Below are positions 1-15,000 of a stretch of 32,000 nt of DNA, one piece after another. The notes beneath the pieces were generated by a model. It was given only the letters and a program-made list of their open reading frames with translations, was not told the DNA's origin and did no database searches. The number at the start of each line of letters is the position of its first letter. The stretch's first letter is position 1. The position numbers and the translations under genes are program-made. Source of the DNA: Candidatus Lokiarchaeum ossiferum (GTDB lineage Archaea; Asgardarchaeota; Lokiarchaeia; Sigyniarchaeales; Promethearchaeaceae). The DNA is taken from positions 5,790,001-5,822,000 of the forward strand of contig CP104013.1 in assembly GCA_025839675.1 (NCBI GenBank), read 5' to 3'.

Positions 1-2
1 TC

Positions 3-3000
3 TCTCAATCTCCCGAAGATAAGTATTATGTGGAACTGGATTCAGCTATGCTGTTTGGTGAATATGAACAGCAAATGGAGACCTTTACCTTCACCTTTAC
101 TGTAAATGGCTATAGCCAAGCCTGGACCTATCGGTTGTATGTGGATAATGACAATCCCGAGATCACTTTTGGATTCGATCCTTCCGTTTCCGTGAGTAGC
201 GATTCGATTGAGACTTCTTTGGATGAAATACCCGTAGTCTCGCTTAGTCAACCCATAAATTTAATTCAAGATCAAACCCAGATCTCATTGGATATTTCCC
301 ACAATAATACCGCGGATTTAGCTTATCTCGAATATTATGGGCTTTTTTACCATCGGGAAAGTGATGCGGATGGATGGTTGGATTATAACGCCATTTCGTA
401 TGACCGTGGGGTTGATGGCTTTAATTGGATCCAAGATATTTCAAATGGTTTGCTCTTTGCCATTGATAAAATGATTGCCAATGGTATAACTTGGAGCACC
501 TTACCTTCGTTATCTGGAAGTGATTATCACTACCTTCAATATGTGACCGAGTGGAATGTGAATGGCCTTTCAAACACATATTTCAATGAAGAAATGACCT
601 CCGCTCAAACAGACTTTGCCTCAAACTTGAGCCTGTTACTTTCCTATTTAACTACCGATCAACTGAGTAGTGCCTATGATCTAATGTTAAGGACTATCAA
701 ACCGCATTTAACGGAGCTCGCAACCAATGAATACGATGTACCGTGGGAAACTCCCGAAAAAGTCGTGTTTGGAACCTATTTTTCGGATGATTTAGCAACA
801 TATACTCCAACAATTAATCTGGAAGGTTTTCCCGATGGGTATTTTCAGCTCGGAACAAGCATTACTGATCATGTCGGATTACGAGATGAAAGTGTATCGC
901 CTCTGTATTTCTTGGAAAACAATCTCCCCACGTTCCAAATTGTTTCTCCTGCGGATAACGAACAACTGGTAATTTTACCCGATCAATGTAATTATGTGAA
1001 TTTTTCGATGTATGTGCCTGACCGTGATATTCGCTCGATTGCCTTAACTAATATGGTCATGTTTGATGATCTGGTGACGGAAGATTTAACTTTTGATATG
1101 GGGCAAGATTTGCCCAATCATCGAGTCGACTTCGGATTCAATCTCTCCGAAGCCATATCCAATACAATTGTGAATACCTATGTACTCAACCCACAATGTG
1201 CATGGACCATCACTACTGAAGATTTTGCAGGACGGATCTATACGCAAACCCGCACGTTTACCTGTGTGCAAATTCCAGATCACATTGGTCCTCAATTTTT
1301 GAATTATACGGTTCCAGATGCGTCCGCCCTCTGGACCGAAGGATGTGATATTGTTTTAAATATTACTGATTTTGGCAATCCTGTATTTGATGTAAATATG
1401 ACTTATGTTGGGGATGATGTGGCTTCTGGAATCCGATACTTGGAAGTGTGGCTTTCAGAAATCCCTCAAAATCTAGATCCTAGGCAAATTTACTTCCCGA
1501 TTATGGACTTTGAAACCACGGGAGATAGTTCCATGCTGGATAATTTTCTTGGTTTTATCATTACCTCCGAATCTGATGGTACATATATCTTCAATCCCGC
1601 GAAAATGAACAAGTTTTGGGCGAAATATGACGGGGATGGGCAATATACTTTTATTGTACGGGCTTTTGATCAGAATTTTAATGCAGAACTTATCACCGTT
1701 GATTTAAATATTGTGCAACCTCGCTTAAACCTCCCAGCTAATACTCCGGTGCCAACCATCGGAAGTGATGAATGGTTAAACCTTACTTTATCCAATCTTG
1801 GAGATCAAGTGGTGAGTGTTGAAATGCTGCTTTATACAGACATTACGGCCAGTTTCTTAGCTCCATGGTCATTAAGCGACTATGAGGAAGCAACCGAGAA
1901 TTTAATTGATCATCCGACGGATCCCGATGCCCTTCCAGCCTGGAATTCTTTGCGAATCCATACAACCATTCCCTATCTTGATCTGCCTGATTTGAACAAG
2001 AATCTGCCTGCTGCGAAAGGATACAAAATGGATTCCACATGCAATCCCTCGACGTGGAGCAGCAATGTTTATAGCTATACCCGAGTACTAGCATATGAAC
2101 CCCTAACAATGGGGGAGATTCTCACGTTTTCAGCATGGATCTATGTCTCTGAAGATTTTAATGGAGATTGGGCACGAATATCATGTGAAGGTGTTATTTC
2201 TGGGACGTCCTATTATAATTTAGCGAAAAAAGGGACGTGGCAGAAGGTCGAATTAACAGTTACGGCCAGTTCTACAGGAGAGGGTCATGGTTTCTTCTAT
2301 TTCTCAAAAAATGGAATTACTGATTTTTCCACTTTAACGGGGTATGTCATTTATCTGGCCCCCCAAGTGGAAAAGAAGGCATATGCGACACCTTTTGCTG
2401 ATGGCTCACGACTACCCATGCGATCCCAGATCTTATATAATTCTACCTCTCAGACAGAATATCAGTTCTCCTTCGCAGGAATTACCGAAGAAACCTATTA
2501 TGTGAATTATCAAATCATCCAAACCGATGGATCTGTTATTTCCCGTCTACATCAAGTTTCGTATCCCGATCACGTTGTGGAAGAATTACAAATTCCCAAT
2601 CATCTCCTAACCTCAGACAATACATGGTATGATCCTTATGGACTCGTGATTGATAATCACTTTCCACATGATGCCAACTGCAACTTTACGGAAGGGGATC
2701 TATGGTCAGAGATGGAAACAGTAATGATCACGTGGTTAGGGGAGACTCCTACCACGACTTCACCATGCGAAGTCTATCTACGATTTAATGGGATGGAATA
2801 TCCCCTAGTGAATAAAAGTTATACGGTGGACTGGATCACCCGTTCGGCGATTTTTACTCTAGATACGTATGAACTGCCCGAAGGGAGCCAAATTGTCGAA
2901 GCAACGGTTGTGTTTAGTAATGGGTATCAAACCAGCGTATCTCGGGTCATTATTGTTGACAATACTGCTCCCGTATTTATTCAAGATGGTATTTATATTA

Positions 3001-6000
3001 ATGGTACATCCCAATATGCCTTGAACGATTGGGTCCAGTACAAAACAATTATGTATTGCAATAATGTCGTCGAGCTGGAGATTCACGCCCAAGATAGTGA
3101 ATCGAATATCACAGCCATCGATCTTTGGGTAGAACACCAAGGTAATCTAGTTGGCTCGCTTCTTTCTTACCCCTTCAATTCTCCTTCTGTAATGGAAGCA
3201 CTACTCTATGATACGACAAGTTTAGGGGATGGGGAAGTGTATGATCTTTGCATAAAGATCAGCTCCGCAGGAGGGAGTATTACTTCCGATACAATCCAAT
3301 TATTTATCGATCGATCCGCCCCCGTGGGTGAATTTCTTACTCCTGCCACCACCACCACTTTTGGAGGTGACACAATTACCCTAGATGTCCTAGCGACCTC
3401 AAATAGTCCAATCCAACAAGTAGCCTTTTATTTCCAAACAGGGGTGGGGGGATTTTCTACTACTGACTTTTTAGGGTATGCCACCTTGCAATATGATTGG
3501 ACCACAGATCAATACCTCTATCGGTTGGACTTCGCGGATGTCGTTCAGTATCAGGGCCAAACCAATTACTTCTGGTTAGAAATCACCGATGAAGCGGGTA
3601 ATATGGCTCAAATCCCCACTTCGACACCGTGTACGATCTTACCGCAATATATCTCCTTAACGGAGGTTGAAGCGGTCTATTATATGGATCGGGATGAGAA
3701 TGCGGTGCTAACTGGAAGCCTTGAAAATTTTTATGAAGATTATGCCAATGCGATTATCAATGTTACGTTGAATATTCAAAATGGAGGCATGTTTGTGCCC
3801 ATCGGATCGGATGTGATTACGATTGATTCGACCACCGGAAACTCTGTCAATATAGAGTGGGGTGGGAATCTGCCCTTAGAATTTACCGACCTCGAAAATC
3901 TCCGTATTCCTATATCTTATGTGAGTCTCGATGGAAGTATCACATCTTGTGCCATCGATACCACTAATATTGCTGTCTGCGGAAAGTTCAACGCGACAGA
4001 TTCCCATCAAGTTGCTTTTATTACCTGTGGAACGGATCGCAGGATTCATCTTTTCTCCCATGATCCAACCACAGTGTTTGAGTGGAGTCGCTTTGATGAT
4101 ATCGATACGTATGCAGACCTCCCCGCAAAACACGTGGAAGTGGTGGATTTTGATGGAGATGGATATGATGAATTACTCTTACTCACGGCCGATCGGTTGA
4201 TTGTGGCTTCCTTTAATCGCACAACCCAAGATTGGGAATATCGAGAATTTGAATTTTCCCAATGGGCCGCAGATTTCTCGCAACCGGTGGAAGGCGTTTC
4301 CATGGGAACGAATAGTACTCACCTCTTTTTGGGATCTAGTTCTCCTCTCTTTACCGATCGAATCCTCGTAATGGAATCCCTTCCAACGGGCGATTTTTCG
4401 CTGGAGCAAGTGATCTATGCTCCGGAAGGAGAATCGATCACGGCATTTTCTAGCCTTCCCCTTGGGGATTCGGAGGATCTAACGATAGTAACTCTCCACG
4501 GTATCTATTCCCATAAGGAGGATCACTGGACCGAAATCTTCACCAGTGAATATACCTTAGTGCCAAAACTAGAGGTGGGCAATTTAGATCTAGACTCTTC
4601 CAATGAACTCCTCTTTGGAGTCTATGGGTATCAAGGCATTGATGTCATTCAAGGCAACTGGAATCTGAATACACAGTCCTGGGAGTTCATCGCAGCTCAA
4701 GCGTATTCGGACATAGCTCAAATTTATGACCTCGCCATTGGTCATGTGAATATGGATAACCGAGGACGGGCCATTATCGCCACCGATGCAGGGGTGGACA
4801 TGATCGATGTGTTAGACGATCCAACAGTGACAGCGGTAGAAGATATTTCTACCAGTCAAGATATGGAAGGCTATTATACGCAAAATGGTCTCTATGAATA
4901 TACTGATCTCGGTGCTCTGGATGACACAACCATTACAGAAATACGTGGAGAATTATCCTATACCTCGATGGGAGGTACTCTGGAAAATATATATTCCCCC
5001 GATCGGGTGAAGCTGGATGATGGATTGCATTTAGAAAGTGGTTCGATTGCAGATATAAGGGCCATTGATAATGAAGTGCTCGAAATCAGGTCCGATCACC
5101 ATGATGAAACTTCCCAACTTGGGATCGAGTTCTATTTCGATGAATTGGATTTAAGTCAAGAAACCACCTATACGCTTCAATGGCAATTTGAGGATGGTGG
5201 TTCACTGGGCTGGTTGAAAATTAAAGAAATTAAAATTTATGACCTTTATGATGTGGAACGTGTTTCTATCACCGGCACATCAGGTTTTTGGGGTGATGAA
5301 GTAGCAGAGACGGGTCTCTATGATATTGCGAGTTCAATCGGCAAAATCGAAGTCCTCATTGACAATGGTAACTTTGCCATGCCGTACATTTTTGAAATTG
5401 ATCTCATCTCACTCACCCTTCCCGACTTGAAAATGAGTGGTCCCCAAGGATACACCTCGGAGCAATTATCAACTGACACATGGGAACTTGGATCAGAACT
5501 AACTCATTGGAAACTTGATGGAAATGCTGTGGATGCTTTGGGATCTTATTCTGGAACCGTTTTAGGGGCATCTCCAACGGTCGATAGATTTAATTGTCCC
5601 AATAGTGCCCTAAATTTTGATGGTGTGAATGATTATATTACTGTTCAAAATGTGGCGGGTACATGTATAAGCGATCCTTCGATTACGGGAGAAATAAGTT
5701 TATCGATGTGGGCTTATATTGAGGGAGGTCTCTATATGGTTTCAAGCGGGGGTCAAACGAGTAGTCGTGGGATTGCCATTTCTTACCAAAATGGCAACGA
5801 ATTCATCCTTCTTCATGATGGAAATCAACAATGGATAGTATATCCTGATTGGCCCTTGAATCAATGGATTCATATCGGATTCACATGGAATGGATTTACT
5901 TTGGATTACTATCAAAATGGAGTGTTAACGTTATCGGACACTACTCCAACGAGCGCTTCTTTTTCGGACCTTCACACTGAATTGACCTTAGGAGTACCCA

Positions 6001-9000
6001 ATAGTGTAAAAACAGCTTATCATTTCGATGGAAAATTGGATGACTTACGTTTCTACGATACGGTATTATCAAGATCAGAAATGCAACAATTATCTCAAGG
6101 TCCTTTTGTAATCGAAGGGGTAAATTCAGAAAATCCTAATCCCCTCATTTCCCTTGCAACCTTGACTACTAGTGGGGATGTGACTCAAATTGCGCGGATT
6201 TTGCAACCCAATACGGCGGGATATTCACCCGCAGGAGATCTGCAAGCATTGACGGTGAACCAAGTGACTTCGGACACTTTGGGGTATGATGCTAATGGAT
6301 ATATCACCCAAAGTTTCTTTGCAGACACTCCAGTTACCACTACATCCCTCCTATCGAGACTCGGAGATTATCCTAACAATGCTTTGGTGCAAACGGGAAA
6401 TTCAATGTATGCAATAGCAGGAAGTACTTTTGATTTCTATTCGGCTCTTCCCGCAACATTGCATATCAGTCGCCATGGAACTCCTGGGTATGGGTATGGA
6501 TCAATCATGAACTATTATATTTATTACTACAGCGACAATAATCTGTTGAGATCTGTTAATGTCGATTGTTATTCAGAAGGATATGGATCAGGAGTGGCAA
6601 TTTTTGCCTTTAATGTTGATCTGAAAGAAGGCTATGTGAATGGGGAAGGTTGTAATAAAATCGGAGTAGGGGTTAAATTTTTGTATACCGATTATGGAAC
6701 ATTATCGGTTAAATGCATTCCTAACTTAGAGAATGAAGCGGATCCAAGTAATTATCCCATCGAATGGAATAATTGCTATAACAAAGTGCCTTTCGAAGCA
6801 GATATTACTATTAATCGAGGAGAACTTGGCGACATTGAGGATGTGTTAAATTATCGGCTCACCATTCCGATCGAAATTGACATGTACGGTCGTACTTTTG
6901 CCGGAACTATCACCGATTTGAATTACAATCCAGCGGTTCTATCAGCACAAAATATATTAATTCATACGTCTATTGATGGGGGAAATACATGGAATGCTTA
7001 TTCAGGAGCAAATATCGTTCAACAAAGCACACTTGCCTACAATATTGAGTTAAGTCTAACTCCATCTTCCCTTTCGATTTTTTTTTCGCCTGAAGGATCT
7101 GTTCTCATGCGCGTGTCTTTCCTTCTGGAATTTACCCATCCCTCGCAATTTGTGTATGACGGGTATGCCCTTATCCCAACCTTAAGAATCGATGCATCAC
7201 AAATTGAAGCGGAATTACTCTCGCGCATTTCGTCAAGTCTTGAATGCGATCAAACTGGATTTGAGATCTTAGAAATCCCCATTGATCGATCTCCCATCCT
7301 AGAGAATGAATTTGATATTTTCCATCCCCCTTCCAATTTTGATGCCACTTATTCGACGAGAGTACTTCTGGATCTCACATGTCCTGACTTGATATATACT
7401 GCCTACTCAGCACCTTTGGAAGGCGATATTCAAGTAAGATCTTTGGAAAGTGATTCTAATACCGTTCGATTAGATCATTTCGAAGGCTCTACATCTGCCA
7501 CTCATACCTCAGGAATTCTTTATACGACCTCAGGAGAGGAAATTGTGGGTTCAAAATCAATCATTTTACCAAGTGCTGGATCCTATGCTAAATACGATTA
7601 TAATGTTGAATTTACCTATGAAGGAACGGCTGAATGCTATTTTCGCCCTAGCACCGTCCCTATGGACAATACACTCTATGCTATTATGACCTCAGATTCC
7701 AGTGGATATCCAGGGTTGATGGTGTATATGTACAATGGAAAAATACAAGCAGGACATTATACAGATGTGGGAAATGTCGGAAAATTCTGTGGTTGGACTT
7801 ATTCCGATCCAGTATTGAATGAGAATGAAATCTACCATATTGCCTATTCGTGGAAGGATGGAGATGGTGCTTATCTTTATATTAATGGAAATCTTGTGGG
7901 TTCAAATCCCGATGATGGTGATCCCGCCAATTTCTTTTTGGATTGTTGGGGAACTTCGACTCATGTGGGAATTGGACAATGCGGATATCGTAGTTCTGTA
8001 GGCGCGGCCTTAGGTACATATGATGAATATCGCTTTAGTAATCTTGCTCGAACGGATTTTCCAACAACAATTTATACTGAAAAAACATATGATGCTTTGG
8101 AAGCCCTTTACAATGATGATCAAGTAGAAAAACTCCCTATTCGAATTTCCGTCGAGGACATTAGTTCTTCTGCTCCTACAGAAGCATCAGAGATTACGCT
8201 AGCACTTCAGTATGATGAAGGGGATGTAATTATGAATAATAATGCCTATATTGATCTAGATTCTGAGACTCATCCCTTCCCGAATGGAGTCATACCCGAG
8301 GATATTGCTTTAACTATCACCACAAAATCGAGTAATTTTGCCAGTTATCTCAGTTCAGAGCGTACTTATCGCATTTCCTACTCGTTCTGGAGTGAGACGG
8401 AAGGAGTTTGGCATCTCTTGTGTGCGTTACCTGCCTCCACACTCGATTTCTCGTTGAAAGCGGGAAGTGTCCCGACCACCGAAACCACCATTACTTATGG
8501 GGAGACGGGTCATGATCAATATTATGAACAGACTTTTGGGGTGGCTTTACCCATCGCCCAATGTGAGAATGCAAAATATCTCCAGCTGGAAATTGATGGG
8601 GAAGTGGATCATTTTCTCTGGGATACTGGAAATTGGTATGAGTATAATGCCTTCGATACCGCCGATCACGGGTTAACGTATAATCAATGGATTAGTGATA
8701 ACAATGGCAAAACCCACCTCCAAATCCATCATCCTACCAACGGATGGACGAATCTGGAAAGCTGGAATTGGACCACCTACCTTGATGGGCGATTTGCCCT
8801 TACCTATGCTTTAATCGACGGATGGGGCACCTTTGACCAAAGTCTCAACGACGAATATTATCAATTTGCTTTTCGGTTTATTATCGATCAAGGAGCCTAT
8901 CCGCAGGCCAACCATCACATGGAGGTCAACATTCGGAAAATTTCCGGAATGATCGTTCATACACGAGATCCGAATGATGTAGAATCACGGGAGAAAGCCT

Positions 9001-12000
9001 ATGAAATGTATGATGGGCGACACCTCTTTAGCATTACCCTTGGGGATACAACTTTCGATCCTAGTGCCCTCGATGCTGTCTCGATTTCGGTGGATATGGG
9101 TGTCATCATCAATATTACCACTGTGCCGGGAGGGGTGAAATTACCGATTTTAGATGAGAAGCTTGTCTGGCGACAGTTAGCGGCGGAATTCTTCTTGGAA
9201 AGCCAAATTACCACTGCCCAAGGGGAACACCTCTTAAAAAATCTCTTTGGCTCCCCTACGATTACTGCGCAAGTCATCGACGATGACTTAATCTATACCG
9301 TGTCCCAAACCCTCACGCTCTATTCCCGCAATCAAATTGCCGAATTTTTGCATTTTGAGGAAGGCGTAGGCTATTCGCTCAGAGGGCGGCTGGTGAGTCA
9401 TTTTAGTCTCCTCAACAATCGTCTCGGATCGATCCGGGTGAGTGTGCAAGCCACCGACGATTTTATTTCCGCCGCCAAAGTGGTGTATGAACGCATCAGC
9501 GAACAAGTCTCCCCCAACCAAGTGCACGATCTCACCTTGGGCGATTTAGATGATGATGGGGATCAGGATCTCCTCTTCGATGATGGGAGTGCGATCATCG
9601 TGCAACCGAATGAAGCGACCTTTGCCTTGAAACTTAGTGCGTTTAATAACGATTCCTTGGATCCTTACTTGGATCAATATTTCCTCGGATCCATGGATCT
9701 AGGCGCCCCCCATCCCAATTTCTATGGCCAAACGCAAGAATTACCCGAATTTGGAACGTCGATGACTTTACATGTGGTCGATTATTCCTATGATCTGACT
9801 TCCATTGCCCTGTATTGTGATGATGTGCTCGTCGAAACGCAATCCGTTACACAAGGCTCCAATTATTTCAGCTTTACGGTGGATACCCTTTCGCCTCTGA
9901 TTGGGGAAGGAAACCATGTGATGAAAGTCATTGCCACCGATAGTCAATCTCAAACTGGCGAAGCAAACCTCATGGTGATAATCGATCGGAGCGCTCCCAG
10001 TACCACCTTACAGATGTTAGGGGATTGGCAAGATCTGGAAGTCTCCCTTCGCACGAATCTGACGTTGGACGTAGTCGAATCAAATACGTTAATCTCCACA
10101 GAAATGCTGTTTACTAGTGTGACCGATGTTCCGATTTGTGCGTTTACGTTTGCCCAAGAGGATCTCAAAAGCATTTCTTTGCTGGAGGATGTGATTCTCC
10201 CCTCCGGCTTTGATCATGGGGCCTTTAAAATTCGCTTCTGGAGTGTCGATCAAGCAGGCAATAGTGAAATACCTACGGAGTATGCCTTTACCATCTCCTC
10301 CACCTATGATCTTACGTTCTATACCGATGAGACTTACTTGGAAGAAGAAACGACCTTATCCCGTCACGAAGGGGAGGTATTGTTTGGTCAGGTCCTCGAT
10401 CGCTTTGGCGAACCTTTACCTGAAGGTTTCCCATTGGATTTGAAATTTGAGGGCTTGAACTATATTCAGACCTCAATTCAAGGAAATTTCGGTCATTTTT
10501 CAGGACAAATTCAATCGAGTAATTTATTGACCGATGATCTCCGAACAGATTTTGCTCTGGCAAATAATGGGGGTCTTGAAGAGGAACTGGTCACTTCTGA
10601 TACCGTTGAATTCACGTTAGCGGGAGAAAACCGCTATTTTGCAGTGGATGGTCTCCGTCGATTTTATTATGGGAGTGCAAATCCCCTTACCTTAATCTAC
10701 GATCAAGTGGATCTAAGTGATTATAGTTCCCTATATTCCTTTGAAGGAATCCATGTGGAGGTCATTATTCCGAGTGCCTATCATGACGACATGGGGACCA
10801 CGTATGAGACCATTGAAATTGAATTTCGGGAGCTCGCCCATTTCGAAAATGACACCGATATCGTGACAACGTACACGGTGCCTTTTGAAACCTTATTGGC
10901 GGCCGTTAAAACATCTAATCCAACACCTTGGCAAGATATGATGGTGTCCCGAATTGGAATTGATATTGGGTTCTATAATTTGGTAGCACGGAACTCCTTG
11001 TTCAATCTAAGTGCCATTGATCAAATTCGAATTATCGGTCATGATAATGGCATTCATCCCGATTTCTCCTTAGAAGATCCTTCAAATTCGGATCAGCTTC
11101 TGGGGTGTGCAGGAATTTATCTCCTCGATCATCTGAATCAGGCCACCATGTTTTATGAGACCAATCCAAGTGGGGTCGAGTCGGTGACCTATGCTTTAAC
11201 CGCGCAATGCAATATGGGTGTAGTAGGAAACACTATTACAACCTATGCTTACCCCCTCACCATTCAGCCAAAACCATTTATGCTGACGGTAACAAGTACG
11301 GTCAACACTACGATGACTTTTGGAGACCTCTATACTTTGGAAGGCATCGAGTGGGATACGGGTTTTAATCCTACCACCACTGAAATCATCGATGATTTTT
11401 GCCTCCTCCAAGCAATTTATGAGGGCGACTCCTATCCCACTCCGATCGGTACCCCCATGGATCTTGGGATTGCCTCGGAAATGACCTTTTTAATCAACGC
11501 ATTACCTGGGGAATATACGGATCTCCACTTAAATTATTCAGGGAATGCATTATATCCCTCAACCCTCTCGGGAGAACTGCTCTCAGACCTCACCGTTACA
11601 AAAAAACCCACTCATATTGAATTGGCGAATTCAGTCCTTTCGATGGAGCGCAATAGCTCGAGCTCCCTCTTTGGGCTGGTTCTCACTACAGATCGTTATC
11701 CTCTTTTACCGGATACAGATGTATCAGTCACCCAGACATTACTGCGAGAATTTGCTGAAGGAACTCGAGGAGACTATTATTGGGGGAATTATACCTTTGA
11801 GAATGTGCTGTTAGGGTTGCTAAACGAATCGGGAGAATATGATTGGATGGAGATGGCTTTCTTGCAAGAAGGGGAAGTCTTTGTCTTCGATGTGGATCTC
11901 GCGGAAGATGGGAATTTGGAAGGAATGACACCGGGCCTCTATAGTATGGCAGTAAAATTCGAAGGAAATGCATTATATGATGCAACAGTGCAACCATTTC

Positions 12001-15000
12001 TCCTCCAAGTCAATCCTTCGGCCTTGGATATTGAAATTCGCGAAGGATTTGCGCAAAATTGGACGGCAATGGCAAATGGGTATGCCAGTTATCTGCAATA
12101 TTCGGATGAAAAAGTCTTTTCCATGAAGGTTTCCGATGCCTTTGATGCCGATCCTTGTGCAGGGTATCCCTTGTGGTATCAAGTCGGATTTACACCAAAT
12201 TCGCCCAATTTTCCACTAATGTGTGTGTCTGACAATTATGCAGATACGTGGGGTGATTATATGGAATTCCAAACTTCGGAAACGCCCGATATCTTGAAAT
12301 TTTGGCAATACATCCAAGCAAAAGATGATCGTCCGATTGCCTATCCCTACTATGATGAAGCCATGGATCAAATTATGTTCATGGCTCCCTTCGCCTATGG
12401 AATGGTGACCACCGATGCGGAGGGATTGGCGGAAGTGGTGCTCGATCCCCAAATGACGACCGAAATTGCGGAACTTTACAAAGCGATTTTCAAGGTGACC
12501 CTCGGATCCTTAGATGAAATTAATCTCTATTTCCGTGTATTTTATGATGCATCCTTCTCCCCCGACCAAATGAAAATGCCCGATTTAGTAAGTCTGGGGT
12601 ACACCTATCCTATCGAATACTTTGGCAAAGAAGCCCTTGTCTATGAAGGTGACGATATTCTCCCTACGGCCTCGATTTCCAATGGTTTCTGGACGGGTAC
12701 CAACTATCAAGACCCTTACCATTGTGGAAGTTGGGGAGAAGGAATTCTCACGATGCTGGCTGAAGATACCATGATTGTGGCGGGGTATCAAGAATTCAAC
12801 GAACCTAATTTTAACCTCGCCGCCGCCGTGGTTGAAGCCGACCTGATAGCGGAAGGCACTTACTTGCCCGAAGTCCATGGAGAAAGTAATTTCATTGAAT
12901 CTACGGGGCTTCCCACAGATAACTGGATGGAATTGGGATTGGAAATTTGGAATCAAGCCAATAGTTCCCAAGTACTCGCATATCCATGGGCGGAAATGGT
13001 CGATGATTTGGGGATCTCCACCTTTACTTGCAATGAAAATACCCTTGGATCAGCCATTGATCGATTACTCCCAGGGTTCTATACGGCCAATTATGCCTAT
13101 GAGCGGGGATCCTCGATTTATTATAATGCTCCTCACGCCGGATCAACGTCACTTTTGTTGAAAGGTGTGAACTCGGCTCGGTTGGATTCTCCGACCCATC
13201 ATCAAACCCTCTCCGAACTTATTGGTCCTGAAACGGTCAGTACGACTTCCTTAACCACGGCCGAGGGGGAGACGATCCTTGGGGAATTTGATACGAATTA
13301 TCCCACGCTTACAGGGGAATTATCCTTAGATGCGTTAAATGAAATCCCCGATAACTACAATTATACGGATCTGATCACCGTCGATTTCTTGTGGAATGGA
13401 TGGCGGGTAGGGGGCGAATATAGTTATAATCTGTCCGAATATACTGAAGCCATTCCTTTCGAAGTGCCCTTCAAATTCCAAGACGGCTATCCCGTGAATT
13501 TCTCCGTGGAAGTTGCCTTTGACTATAATCCCGAAGCCAATCTGAATTGGTCGGCTGAAATGACCGCAGCGGGGTATGAGATATGGTCAGAATATTACTT
13601 GTCGATGGCTTATAATGCCACTCTCGAAAATTGCTGGGCGAATTACGCTCCAATCAGCGATTATGCGATTATTTTGACTGAATTATCCGTGAAACAATCG
13701 ACTTTATATGATTCGGGAAATGAATGGGATCTCATGGCGGAACTTCTTACCAAATATCCGCAAGTTTCCTATGATGGGTATAATCTAAATCAAAATCCGG
13801 GAGCAGGATGGAAATATTTGAATGGGTCAATACAAGATGATATTCCGCAAGTCTCCTTGAAAATTGGAGAAGATAATGTAGAGGAGTATGTTTCAGCGAC
13901 CATTGATCAATCTGCAATTACCATTTCCTTGGATAAAGACCAAATAAGCGGATGGACCCCTGATCATAGTGAGGAATATAATGTGACCTTATCCTTCCCC
14001 GAATTATTCTCTGTAGAACGATATCAATGGAATATGAGCTATGATGTCGATGATCCGCAATTTGAGAAACATTCCCGTTTTACTCAACTTACGGGGATGG
14101 TGCTTGGGGAAAATGTAAATAAGTCTCTACGCACGGCGATCTATACCAATTCAACCTATGATGGCACCGAAGCCACCCAAGATGCCACTTATATCGGTTT
14201 GCAAGTAGGTGAAACAATGTCGCTGGTAGTGCCCGACGTATATATGCCTTGGCGAGGGGAACTACAATGGCAAGCACTCTGTCCCCAACTTCCCTGGTTA
14301 GATTATACATCTCTTGAATGGGAACTTGTTTTAACAGTACACCAATCGGCAGATCCTACCAATATCCACACCCTTTCCTGGATTCTCAACACCTCCGATT
14401 TTTCGAAAGTAGATGGAGGATTCTGGCAGGATTTAAGTACGTTCATCCCGTCGGCTTTCTATAGTTGCGATGTCAATCTGGAGCTCAACATCACTTTGCA
14501 TTCCAGTGGCGATGTGACCGCCATTTATCCGTTGTACTTGATCCATGGGTATTTGGTAGGGCAGGAAGATATTGTCACCATTTCCACCGTCTATCCTTCG
14601 GCGCTTCGAGCCAGAATGTTCGGATCGTCTTTCCTGTATTTGTATACATTGTTCGGTAAAGACATGGGTATCACAGCAACCAGTAATGATGACCAAGGCA
14701 ATACCTTGGAAAATATTAACGATATGTATTTAGAAGTACTCCCCTATACGGGAGATGCCTACGGTGTACAATCAATCACAGATATCTTAAGTGTGAAGGA
14801 TGAACGACGCTTCCTCGAATATCCCAGTGTATCGGAGGCTAATATGGATTATTGGTTCACCACCGCCTCTGGGACACCGAATTATGCCACCTATCAAGAA
14901 TTTGTGGCCGAAGATTCTCTGGGGCAGACCATGTTTGCAATGCGCTATAATGAAAGTCAGCTCGATGCGATTGAAGATCCTCGGATCTATTCGGGGTTTG

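Noticed and set aside
30-32. GTG at nt 30 as the true start codon of the giant ORF (as implied by the ORF track)
   Set aside because: The frame is open upstream to nt 3 (SQSPEDKYY) and the following residues show no signal-peptide-like N-terminus. The gene almost certainly starts outside the window.
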